64,000 nt of DNA from Lingula anatina (taxonomy: Eukaryota > Animalia > Brachiopoda): NCBI GenBank assembly GCA_051362555.1, contig CM120641.1:25798401-25862400 (forward strand). The letters run 5' to 3'. Below the pieces are notes generated by a model. That model searched no databases, was not told the origin of the DNA, and was given only the letters and a program-made list of their open reading frames with translations. Position numbers and translations under genes: made by a program. Positions 1-11,264 of the stretch are shown here, one piece after another; within the stretch, counting starts at the first letter, position 1; each line of letters starts with the position of its first letter.

Positions 1-298
1 CCCGTACTTGACACGTTTTCTTTAACACGAGAAAAAACCCAACGTGTCATCGAGCTGAGTTGTTAATTTTTAGGCCTACGATTTTTTGTATAGTTTTTTT
101 ATTAATGCAACTCTGACCTTAGCATACACTTCGATCCACTTTAGTACTATAGTACCTAAAAACATCGAAAAACTTCGTACAACATCGTGTACAACTATAT
201 GGTCTTTCAAGAAGATGTCTGGCTCTTTTGTTTTTTTAGTTTAATGGATGAAATGATGTTAAGAAGGCACACAGACCCATAATTTTTTTTTTTTCATT

Positions 299-301
<3 letters not shown>

Positions 302-343
<42 letters not shown>
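302..343. repeat. (GA)n microsatellite; others: (GT)/(GA) 2787-2854, poly-T 5007-5044, (AT)n 35150-35207 and 45116-45178, (CA)n 45252-45297
   Basis: Direct reading. Confidence 0.95.
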
Positions 344-346
<3 letters not shown>

Positions 347-1028
347 GAAAAGGGACTTGGTCAAGCAAAATATATAACTGAAACAAAAACAAAAAAAAAC
401 ACAAGTATATATTTCAAAAGAATTTTTATTTATGTCTTCTTTAGATTAAACATTCATTTCGAAAATAACATCTTCAAATTGATGGTATTTTCCACGGCTC
501 CGTATACGATACTTAATTCTAACGTGAGAAATTGATCAGATGTGAATTCTCAACAAAAAAATACAATATCCGTACTAAGAGTTACTCCATGCCCCAGATA
601 AGAGGCAAGTAAATAGTCGTCGCAGTTCCAAATATAGGTTAGATTTAACATGCTCTTAAAATTACTAGTACTTTCTTATTGTGTATGAGAGGTGTGGGGG
701 GGGGGGGGGAGAGAGGGGAGGATAAGGAGGTAATCTACATCCTTGCCCACAACCCAAGCCTGAACAGAGAAGGGGGGAGACACCAATTGTTTCACATATG
801 GGACAGCAATATCACCGAGACACTAGTGAATAGTGCTCAGTCTCAGAGGAATACACACTGAGGAAGGTCACAGTGGTGATCGAAAGCTTTGCTTAGGTTC
901 AGCTCAAGTAAGTGTAGAAATTGAAACGTTTAAGCGTCTAAAATACTGTCTTTCTATGTTGATTTTACTGTTAAATATGGTTGAAGATGTGTCTGGTCAA
1001 CAACGGTTGCTGGTAAAGCTGACAGCTT

Positions 1029-2786
1029 CTACGCCTGTTCTTCCGTGGTTGCCGATGACGGCGCTGGAGACGTCGGGATTGTCGTGGTTGGAATTTCTGA
1101 GAAAGAAAAAAAAAACGAGATTTTGAACACAAGGTTAGGCTTTTCGTCCTATACATAGAGGGTCTCCGCTACATGCCTTGGCATATGACCGTTCTTATAT
1201 AAGCAATCGAAGCATGCAGAATTTTTACCGATATTTATAGGGTGAGGTCTTTTCGTTCTCAGTCTCAATTTTTTTGTTTTGTATTACTTTTTGCTTTGGA
1301 CTTACTCTTTAAACACTTCAGTGTTGTATATGACTTCTTTAAGATGGCATTACGTTCAGAAACTGTTTAAACAGTTAAAATTTTAGTTGAGATGATGAAA
1401 CTTTTTATTGACTTGGGTTACTGGAAAGGCTCGTAGGAAGGAAATTTTAAGTGGAAGAGGGGTAACTGGGGCTAGTAAACCAAAGAGAAAAAAACTCAGC
1501 CCTCCTACTTCCTGCGAAGATGACTAAGATGGTTGAAGAAAGGAGGAGGGTAAGGCACACCCTCCCCCCTCCTCCAGCTGCTACGTCTGAAGACGATATA
1601 AATGAATGCTTACTAGAACAATACATTTCCCCTGACAACGGTTTCTCCTCGTATCCCTCTGGACAGCGAGACACACAGCTTGTCTGCTCAAGCACAAATT
1701 TTCCGGGCTCACACCCAAAACACTTGTCTCTTGCGCTGCTGGAGTAACACCTAGTGCATCCCTCAACGCCGCATTCTAAAAAGCAAATAATAAGAATCTA
1801 TATATCTGCGAACCAGGGGGAGATTCCCACAGTAACGCTAGCACCACATTGGGTTATATACATGTACGACCGTTTTAAATTTTAACATGGTTGATTAGTT
1901 CTCATAGACTGCATTCACAACGGTTTGAACAAAAAACGTCTTTTAAAAGGACCCTTCATTCCACCCCCACCCCACCCCCACCCCCCACCCGTTCTTCTAT
2001 AAGTATGCAATCCATGAACTAAGCGTCCAGAAACATGCGCGGAGTTGGACTAGAACAAGTTATTTATAATCTTTAGTAAGTAAATACACTCACTCGTGCA
2101 GGAACGGGAACCATAACTGTAGTCCACAGTGTAGCCAACTGGGCACTCAGACACACACTGGACCTGGGCCAGCACTGAGGGGTAGTATTTGTAGAAGGCT
2201 GGTTTGCACTCCGAGCAACTGGTCGAGGAGTAACACTGGGCACAGTTTGGTGTAGAACATGCTGAAATAAGAAGTATACTTTCTTTATGTCTCCTCCATC
2301 CCAGCGCGCATGTGCGTAAATAAGCTCTGGAGATTGTTGTCGCCATAAAATGTCGTTTGACTGCGCCAAACTTTTCTTATCTCTTTTCATTGAGTTAGAT
2401 TGATTAGGAAAAAGAATTTATTGTTTTCTGAGAAATGTGTGTGTTTTCTTTTAATAAAGCAAAATGTCCCCATATAGATCCGGGAAAAAAAATCAATTCA
2501 ATGAGAAATCTAAAAGTTTTTAAACAAGCGCATGAGTGCTGGCTCCAGTTTTAGAGAAAATGAGAGGGAAAGAAGATGTGCTTCTTCTTTTTCACTTTCG
2601 TATGTTGTAGCTAGTAGGTTGTAGCGCGTAAAGGAGGATGGACCTGCCCCTGCTTAGTGTATGCCGGAGAGAGAGATAGCTTATCTCTGTTAAGCAATGT
2701 GATCAAAATGAAAATGATCAATATGCCATTTTCTGCGAAATATGAAGGCGATGAAAATAAGGAGCATTTGCAAGAAGTGAACTGAT

Positions 2787-2838
<52 letters not shown>

Positions 2839-4596
2839 TGAGAGACAGAGAGAGCGTACCTATGCACCGTTTTCCACCGAAGGTACTCGATTTATACGTT
2901 CCTTTCGGGCAGGTGTAGCTACACCTGGGACTACTTGACGTGGTGTCCAGGTAACCAGACGAGCATTCTAGGCAGTTATCCCTGGTAGTACACGTCTTAC
3001 AGCCAGACACCCGGCATTCTGAGGGCGTGAAAAAGATGTGAATTGATGCTATGTGCTATTATCTATTCACGCTGGTATGCATTCCAAAGGTCAGACATAT
3101 CTGAGACTTATGCAAAAAAAAGCTTGTGATTTTAATGGCACCAATATCACTACGACAAAAAAAAAAAAAAAAAAAAAAATCAGTTTTTTGTTCATTTTAA
3201 CTTATTACCGAGAACTGGTTCCCGAATATTTACAACAAGCATTGAGAAGTAGTAGTATTTTGCAAGGACCTTTTTGTGCTGTAGATATATTACTCAGTGT
3301 CAGAAGGGAAAAGAGAGGATTTAGAATTTATAATACCTGCGCAAATACTGATCCCATACATGGACAGGCCGAAATAACCGCTGGGACACTGACTCAGACA
3401 TCTGAAAAATATATTATAGAATGTACTGACAGCTTTCCACGTGGCGTAGAAAATGAATGAGTCATTTATGTTGAATACGAAAAACACTTGTAATTAATTG
3501 AACACAAATAGTTTGATGTGCCGTGGTTATAACCTAGATTTCCAGGAAACAGTTATCATTTGGATTAATTGCTTTCTGACAGAGAGAAAAAAAGTGTTTC
3601 AGAATAGGAAATGAAACATCAGCATGACTACACATGAATCCAGGTTAAACGCACAAAACTTGGACCAGTGTTGTTTGTAATTACACAATCAAAAATTATT
3701 GATAAGCTTAGAGCAGGGACTTCTACTTCTGATTTCAATATGCCTCTACATGTCAGATATACATGCAAAATCTCCATTATACGCCTGCCATTTTTTTACC
3801 AAGACAAGACAAAGTGACAAAATTATTATCTCACTTCCATTCATTCGCCCCCATTAACTTAATTCACCCCCATTATAATTTATATAACTCTTACTATTAT
3901 GAAGCTCCGCGCCTGAACTCTACTTTCAATGACTATTTTGTCAGTAATAAAGTTGTAGTGCTTTAAACAAAGCATATATATGTCACATATTGTTTATCAA
4001 TTTTTAAAAAGTTCAATTTTGATATCTTTAGTTTAAATTGATAAATGTGTATTTCATACCAAAAGACAATAAGACCCTTCAGAAAAAAACTATTACGAAA
4101 TAACTCTGCCATTAAAAACGTCAATTAAACCAACTAATAGATATATTTAAAAAAAGGGAAAATGGTAACTCACGCTGTTTTGTGCAGAAAAAAACCTGAC
4201 GAACAACTAATGCACCTGCTGTAAGAGCATGAACTGCAACCATATGGGCATCCTGAAACGATTTTAAAAATAGGCATAAACTGACCCTCCTCACCAAATT
4301 GAGCGTTTTTTATGAACAGCAGTTCCGAAAACTACAGACACCACATACCACGCTTCACCTAGAACTATACATATACCAGAAATGCAATGTCAAAAATCTA
4401 AATTATGGCACTAGGCAGAATGTATTTAATGTTGTGTTCTGAGCTTGTGATCGTTCCCCGTTCAATACCATTATATCATGTTAAGACTCCCAGACCCACT
4501 TTCAACACACTTACTGCTTGGCATGAAGTAACCGCTAGCTCTGGCTATGGCAAAACATAGCAGGACAACTATAATAGCCGCAGTCGTGGCCTTCAT
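1029..4596 (-). CDS. Secreted furin-like (FU) cysteine-rich repeat protein, 260 aa, 7 exons, no catalytic domain
   Basis: Exons 4596-4515, 4252-4174, 3401-3337, 3018-2860, 2261-2094, 1775-1614, 1096-1029; all GT-AG, phases consistent, 783 nt. Signal peptide MKATTAAIIVVLLCFAIARASG; four CxxxCxxC...CxxCxxG...CxxxCPxGY repeats; Thr/Pro-rich tail KIPTTTIPTSPAPSSATTEEQA*. Confidence 0.85.
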
Positions 4597-4715
4597 ATCT
4601 ACCTGTGACCGCACTGTAATATGTAAAAATCTCAAAGCTCTGAAATGTGATAAACACTCGAGAAAGTATTTTGTCAGCTGGCACTTCTTCTTTATTTTGC
4701 ACAAGAGTGGAGAAC

Positions 4716-4723
4716 TTTATATA
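4716..4723 (-). promoter_or_regulatory. Putative TATA box of the FU-repeat gene
   Basis: TATATAAA on the minus strand about 120 nt upstream of the ATG at 4596. A candidate AATAAA lies at 430-425 downstream of the stop. Confidence 0.4.
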
Positions 4724-5003
4724 CCTGTGAAAGATCCGGGTTCTGTTTTATCTCGACCATTCCAGTGACACTACACACCTCTTGCCACTTCAGGCTATCA
4801 GCTATAAATAGCACTTGGTTTATTTAAATAAGAAAAGAAAAAAATCCCAATGAGACAATTTGCAAGAAACTTTTTGGACAAGATTTTGGGCATAATTCCT
4901 TTTTGTCATAGTGCAGTAGACCTTTATCACGGATGTTGTATTTCATGCATCTTATGTCACGCAATTGCGTAAGCTGTCATAATATCCAGGACCTGGGGTT
5001 TTA

Positions 5004-5045
<42 letters not shown>

Positions 5046-5499
5046 AGACCTAGATCCGCCTTTATCCGGTTATATGTGGTAAACAAGTTCTATCAGTTCC
5101 GTAAACAGTTGCGCGCGGTTACACACTAGTTCATATCTCCTTGCCAAATCTTGTCCTTCAGTTAGAAACTAGAAGCTGAGAGCCTGCGTTTGCACTTTGT
5201 TAAGTCTAAAAGTTATTAAAAGTCACTTTGATCTTGGACAAGCTTTGATACAGGGAACTTGAAGTACCCATAGTTTGCCGGGTCCTACATGTAGATGCAG
5301 GGCCCTTGGTCATTGCCCTTTGGCCAAAAATCTGATTTTAAAGTCTGAAATCATTACTTCGTTTTTGTGTTCACTTATATGTTGCAGATGTAAATATTTG
5401 ACATTTGAAATATAAAAGTTAAGCTATCTCGTTTAAATTCTAAAATCATATAAATAAATCAGCGTGAATTTGTGTTAACATATTTGTGAATAATATATG

Positions 5500-8400
5500 G
5501 GCGGTGTTTCAAATCAAGCCAAGTTGCCAGTTTAATTTTAACGGTATCCCGCTCGAAATCTTACTCGTTTATTTAGCCCTTTTCAAAATTGGAAGGGTTC
5601 ACGATTAGTGCCAATCGTTATTAGTTAGCCAGTTGTGAGAAATCTTGTTTTTTGTTAGCTATTGTTGGAGAACGGGTAAAAACTCATTTTGGTGATACCT
5701 TATGTTGTAAAGTTATGACGCAGTAATAAAATTGGCTGAACGATTCTGGAATAGGAGTTTCAGACAAACAAAATCCTACGATAAACATGTTATCGTAGGC
5801 TATTTCATTACTCATCTGTACCTGATAGTAATAGTTATTACCTGTCAAGATATATTCACTAGCTGACAGTGACAGTAATGACATGTCAAGATTACATCCG
5901 CTTAGCACACATCATAGCTATAAACAGTAGTGTAATTTTTTTGTAACCACTGGAGCGACTTTAAAAGCATTCATAGTTGGTAATATGGAAGGAAAGGAAA
6001 AATTATTTGCTCGGTTCAATAATTGTTTGGTGTTGGTGGAGAGAGCGGGAGTCACTTTGAGTTGCTCCAGCAGAAACACCTTGACGACCGAGCGGCGCGA
6101 TACATTGAGAAAATACTGAGATACATGTAGATACTTGAGCGTGGTTAGCAATTATTGAAGGTGGGGTAAATGAAGACGCCAATAATTTTGTATTTAGAAT
6201 CTCCCTTGCGTCAGCTTGTGCTAGGTCAGTTTTTTAATACTTAAAGGAAGTGCTTGACCTACACACACGATGCCAGATGAATTGGCAAAGCATCCGACAA
6301 TGGCTGATTGCTTATTACTACTAAGCCCGATCCCTCTCATCTACCCCATAATACTACTATAATACGCTATAATTATTCCGTTCATTATTGATGGGGAAGG
6401 GGGGGTATAGTTTTGTCCTGGTACAGAAGTTTTACCATAACTTAACTTTAACAGAGTTCTTATACCATTGGTGAAAAGGAAGACACTATTTTTTGATAAT
6501 TTTGCGCCAAATGGCGTTAATAAATTTTCCAAAGCTTGGCTGCTATTTCTGCACTTCAGATTTTGTACGAGTCTACAACATTAACTAAGGAGTTCTGAAT
6601 GAAACTTAAACAAAGCACTTGGCATTTCCTTCCCTTTGTTTTTTGTAAGTTTTGAAACTGAGAAGGTTAACCTAATTGTGTATTGATAGTGGCCCACATT
6701 TTGTGAATGAAAAGTCACCTAGCTGGGACAAAGCCTGAGTGATAACTGTGATAAGATTTATGAGAAAAAAAATGAAATAACCAATGACATCAGTGTCATT
6801 GAAAAAACACTAGTATAGGTCGATCCAGATAGGAAATATGTTTTGCTCAAAACACTGAAAACAGGCAGCTCAAACTGGTTACGACCGGCCGCGTGTACAG
6901 GCACGGACGTCTCAGAACACCCAACTCCACGTGTTGAGTAAACAAATATGGTTTCGTTCATTATTAAGATAGGTGCTTGTAACGAAATTTTAGGGAACAT
7001 TTGTTTAAATTTTGATCCTGTAGTGGTGCAGCGTGCCTAAAGCATCGTTTCATTGCGTGAATGTCGCAATGTCACAGTCAAGACGCAACACTGTACCAGT
7101 ATAGTCTACAGCTTTACGAACCAATTCCAAAAAATTGGAAAAATACATGAATTTTTTTTTTTTTTTGGGGGGGGGGGGGAGAGGGGGAAGTGGAAATTAG
7201 CTGGGGACAGGTGAAGCGTCGCAGCAGCAAGTTCGACCGGACAGGTGACCTGAAAAATAAGCTTCAAGCCCTGCTGTGGTCTAATAATCACGAATAATTA
7301 TGTGTAAATGCATATTTATTTAATACTTCATCAATAGATATGCCTGTTCATTGTAGTTATGATATGCAAAGTAGATGCTGATTAAATTTTATGTAGATAC
7401 AGATGAAAGTGGAATGCGCTTCTCGCAATTTGGATCAGTGCTTTTGTTCAGGGTTCAAGTGATGCAAATAAAACTGCTTTTTAAGCAATGTTTTTCTTTC
7501 ATTTCACAATCATCGTTGGAATTGCCTACCTTTTACATGCACTACGGCTTTTCTGCACAGTAAAATTATTAATTTTGAGAGATAATTCCGTGCAGTGCAA
7601 TTATTTCGCTCAGGACAATTATACATTTTTGAACATTTGCCCACACGGTACAATCATTTAGACAATACAATTATATGGAACTTCAGAGTAATCCATTTTT
7701 CTTGTTGTATTTGAATGCAGTAATTTCTTATTGTTTTAATATGATATTTATTGTAGATCATGAAGTACAAAACATTTTGTCAATTAGGATATTTCAAAAA
7801 TTTTCAGCATGTTTTTTCATGTTTAAATTACTAACTTGGAAAACCAATTAAAAAAACACAAAGGTGTTGCGATAAAAGGTCCACTTTTTCAGAAAAAGAA
7901 CCCCCCTCCCCCCATTGAAATTGCCGGGCCTGTACAGCGTCAGCGATAAGTGACTAAATTAGAACTCATTCAACATGGCTTATTGGACTGTACAGAGCTA
8001 TCTTTTCATAGAATTGCAAACTAATCTCAACTAACGCAATGCCACTTTGTTTCACAGAGCACTGGAACAGAGCGATTCCAATTTCCTTTGTGTTTGTTTA
8101 TAGAATGTAAAATAAAAAAAATCGCAGGTTTACTGGTCTGCTCGTTTGTTTGCTGGTGGTCAGTTTTTGCGACTTTGGCTTAAAAAATTCTTTAAATCAC
8201 CAACATGCCTATCACAAGTATGAAGTGAGTACTCGCATTTTCGGCAAAATTTAAAATGCTGTTGTGAAAGTCCGATAGATTAGCTTGGTTTTATTTTCCC
8301 CAAAAAATCATATATTCAAACATTTTAGTAATTTTGTTCAACAATTTTGAATTCAGTGTTGCTCTTGTAGCAACCTAGCTGAAACAAAGAAAACTATTTA

Positions 8401-9386
8401 TACATGCAGATCGTAATAATCTTGACATTCTTTGATAGGGTAAGCATTGCTGTTAAAGGGGAAATTGCTAAAGTTCACAGGAAAAGTCACCTCGCTTTAT
8501 AAAGGTGTAACAACCATTATACACTGTACATGTATGTCTTCAAATTTCCATGATAATTAACAGAACAGTATATTCATAGTAATTTATGGTTTCTGCGGAT
8601 CACCAGAAACTGAATCCCAAGAAGCGTAATTCTAAGCACTCGTCCTCTAGTGCGCCTTACCGCAGCATTAGTCAAACAACAACGTATTTTGATGTCTTTT
8701 ATAGTCTTGTATCTTAGTTAACGGTATGGGCAGTGTCTAAATTGTTACAGCTATGGTGAGGTAATGGGGATATTTGCTGATGTACGTTTTTGTAACAGTT
8801 TTAGTAAACAAAGGGAGTATGAATACTGAGTAGATAGAATACTCTTATTTTCCGAAGGGTGCCAGTTTTGTGTAGCAATGGTTTAGTTAGGGTTCGAACA
8901 GCATCTTGGTAGAAAAGTCCCAAATAAAGAAAAGCAAAGAGATTAAGGACTGAGAAAGCCATATATAATTATATAGACAGATGCTAGTAAAGCATTTTTG
9001 TACATTTTAATAACATAATTTTCTAAAAATTCTCAAAAAAAAAAGAAGCTTTTTATTCTTCAAAAGAGATTAGTAGACAGCGATGCAAAGACAGAATCCT
9101 GATTGATCGTACAGAGTAATACATAGATGCTTCTCATGGCCATGGAGAAAGCATCGTATTGCGCACATTCATAAAGCAACTTCAATTATTTTAAATGAAA
9201 CATTTATGAAATATAAAAGAAAAATGAACAGCCCGACTGACATATCCAAAAATTAATGACTGTGATACTTGAAGATTTTGAAAAAATAAGGGTATTGCTA
9301 AACTTAGGGGCGTCGGTGTAAGTTGGTGCCACGCACGCCAGAAATACTATACAACTACTATTGACAATGAGATGCCATAGTTCCAT
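5500..9386 (-). pseudogene. Possible heavily decayed leucine-rich-repeat (TLR-like) pseudogene, interrupted by a TIR element
   Basis: Broken minus-strand frames give a signal-like start (MELWHLIVNSSCIVFLACVAP) and LRR-like pieces (GLSSNKQSAI, LPLSIKKL, LKYLHVSQ, LSGCNLDM) with many stops and frameshifts. 5570-5790 is clearly homologous to 32205-32950. Confidence 0.25.
6898..7932. mobile_element. Non-autonomous TIR element, about 1 kb
   Basis: Ends CAGGCACGG...CCGGGCCTG (imperfect short TIR), flanked by TA on both sides; no ORF. Confidence 0.4.
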
Positions 9387-9705
9387 TATGGTTCTTTCTG
9401 GTTAAGTTTGATCGAAAGACGAAAAACGCCATCGATAATGATATGTGTGTCCCGCATGGTATATAAACACTATCATCTCTCCACACGTAAATTATGTACA
9501 AATTCTCTTTCCCTTCACTTTTTTTCTGAAAATCTTTCTCTTTCCTTTTCGTTAAAACTCCTTGGTTACAGCATATTCAGTCAATGATTAACATCAATTA
9601 ACAATCAACATTACACAACCAGAGCTAGGGCATAGACTGTTTTTCCTGTGGCATGCACCACACTTACATATCGGTAAACTTAGTCAACATAACCTCCATT
9701 TGTTA

Positions 9706-11203
9706 TTATTTAGTGCCGTTATTCATCTCCTGTTTAGCACTGTCGGTCTTTTCTACGTCACCTCTATAGACGATGCTAACAACGGCCAAAGAGAGGCTCT
9801 GAAGACAGAAACATACTTGTGCTGTCAGACAGAAGTCCTCGTTCTGAGTGTATACCGACAAGCCTACCAAGAGTATTCCTATTGTGCCAGCAATAGAACA
9901 AACCATGCTCACCGATAACAATTTGTAACAGCTCGGATTTACAGTGATGCGGCGTTTGTGTGCGGTTACGTTGCCTCGCCTACCGCAACGTAAATATACC
10001 AAAAAACGAACGCACATGGGGAAATTAAATAGCATCGTCAAAATAGCTGGACCTGCTAAGAGAATAATGTAACCATTAATGTCGCCAAAGAAGCAAGTAC
10101 CTCGACAGTATTTAACTCTGAGCGGCGCTTGTTCTCTTAACTCTAAGATAAGCCCAACCGCAACCAAAAATAATGGCACCAAATAGGTAACGACCACGCC
10201 CATTGGTATGTGTCTCTTTGGGCTGCATGTCCACAATTGGCGAGATATGGCACTGTGGTAGGCAATGTAAGTTACACCTGGGAGCCACGAAAAACTCACT
10301 AACCAAAAGAAATGGGCGAACAACGAAAGGTACAAACACACGGTGGAAGTATGTGAGGTGGTAATCATGTTTGGTAGGGACAGGAAAAGCTGTGATAAAA
10401 AACAAGCCCCAAACTGGTGCAGAACTGCTCTATCTGCAATGCTTTTATACCGCGAAAAATGTGCACAAATCAAAAAGTTTAAAAAATAAATGCCTAGAGA
10501 AAAGGCAGGCAACGCCCACTTAACCAGTTCTGGTCTTGATAGAAAATTATGAAGGGGGCGAATTTGTTGGTTGTCATTATGTCTAGAAATGGAATGATCT
10601 GACAGGAGTTCCCCAATCAGATGCCAACAGACGAAAACAGACCCGTCCAAGAAGACTACATCACTCGAGTTGACAGTAGAGACTTTACCAGCATATTCAA
10701 AAGAGTATGCACCTGTCCCGTCCCTTTTAAAACCTATCTCACCCACTGCTATTCTAGCAATCAGACAAGGTAGTTCGAAATCAACGTTAAAGGCAGCAGT
10801 AAGTTTCTCCCACTTAAACGTATATACACTGTCAGTGTTATCTATAATGATTGGGAGTAATTTGAAATGGCGTTCAGTGCTGTAAAAATCGCCCTTCAAC
10901 AATGAGTCTGCGATTCTCTGTCGGTATACCTTTGCAGATTCATAGACAGAATCGTAGGTTGGGTGAACTCCACCTAGCGTAAACGGTATATGTAAAAGCA
11001 AGCCGAGGACAGAAACATGGGCCGGGGTGAAGACTGCATTGCACGCTAAATTTTCAGAAAAAGGGTTAAGCCCTAAGCCTGGAAGTGCGTGTAACATGCC
11101 CGTTACTGGTGCGCACAGTGTGCCTAGGGATATCTTCCCCTGAACGTTTTGGAAGTCTTCCAACTTAAAAAAAACATCGATATAGAGTTGAACGCCCGTC
11201 AAG

Positions 11204-11264
<61 letters not shown>

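Noticed and set aside
971-1156. Arg-rich R-spondin-like basic tail for the FU-repeat gene
   Set aside because: The exon-6 donor is phase 1, which selects the Thr/Pro-rich frame ending at 1029; there is also no TSP1 domain.
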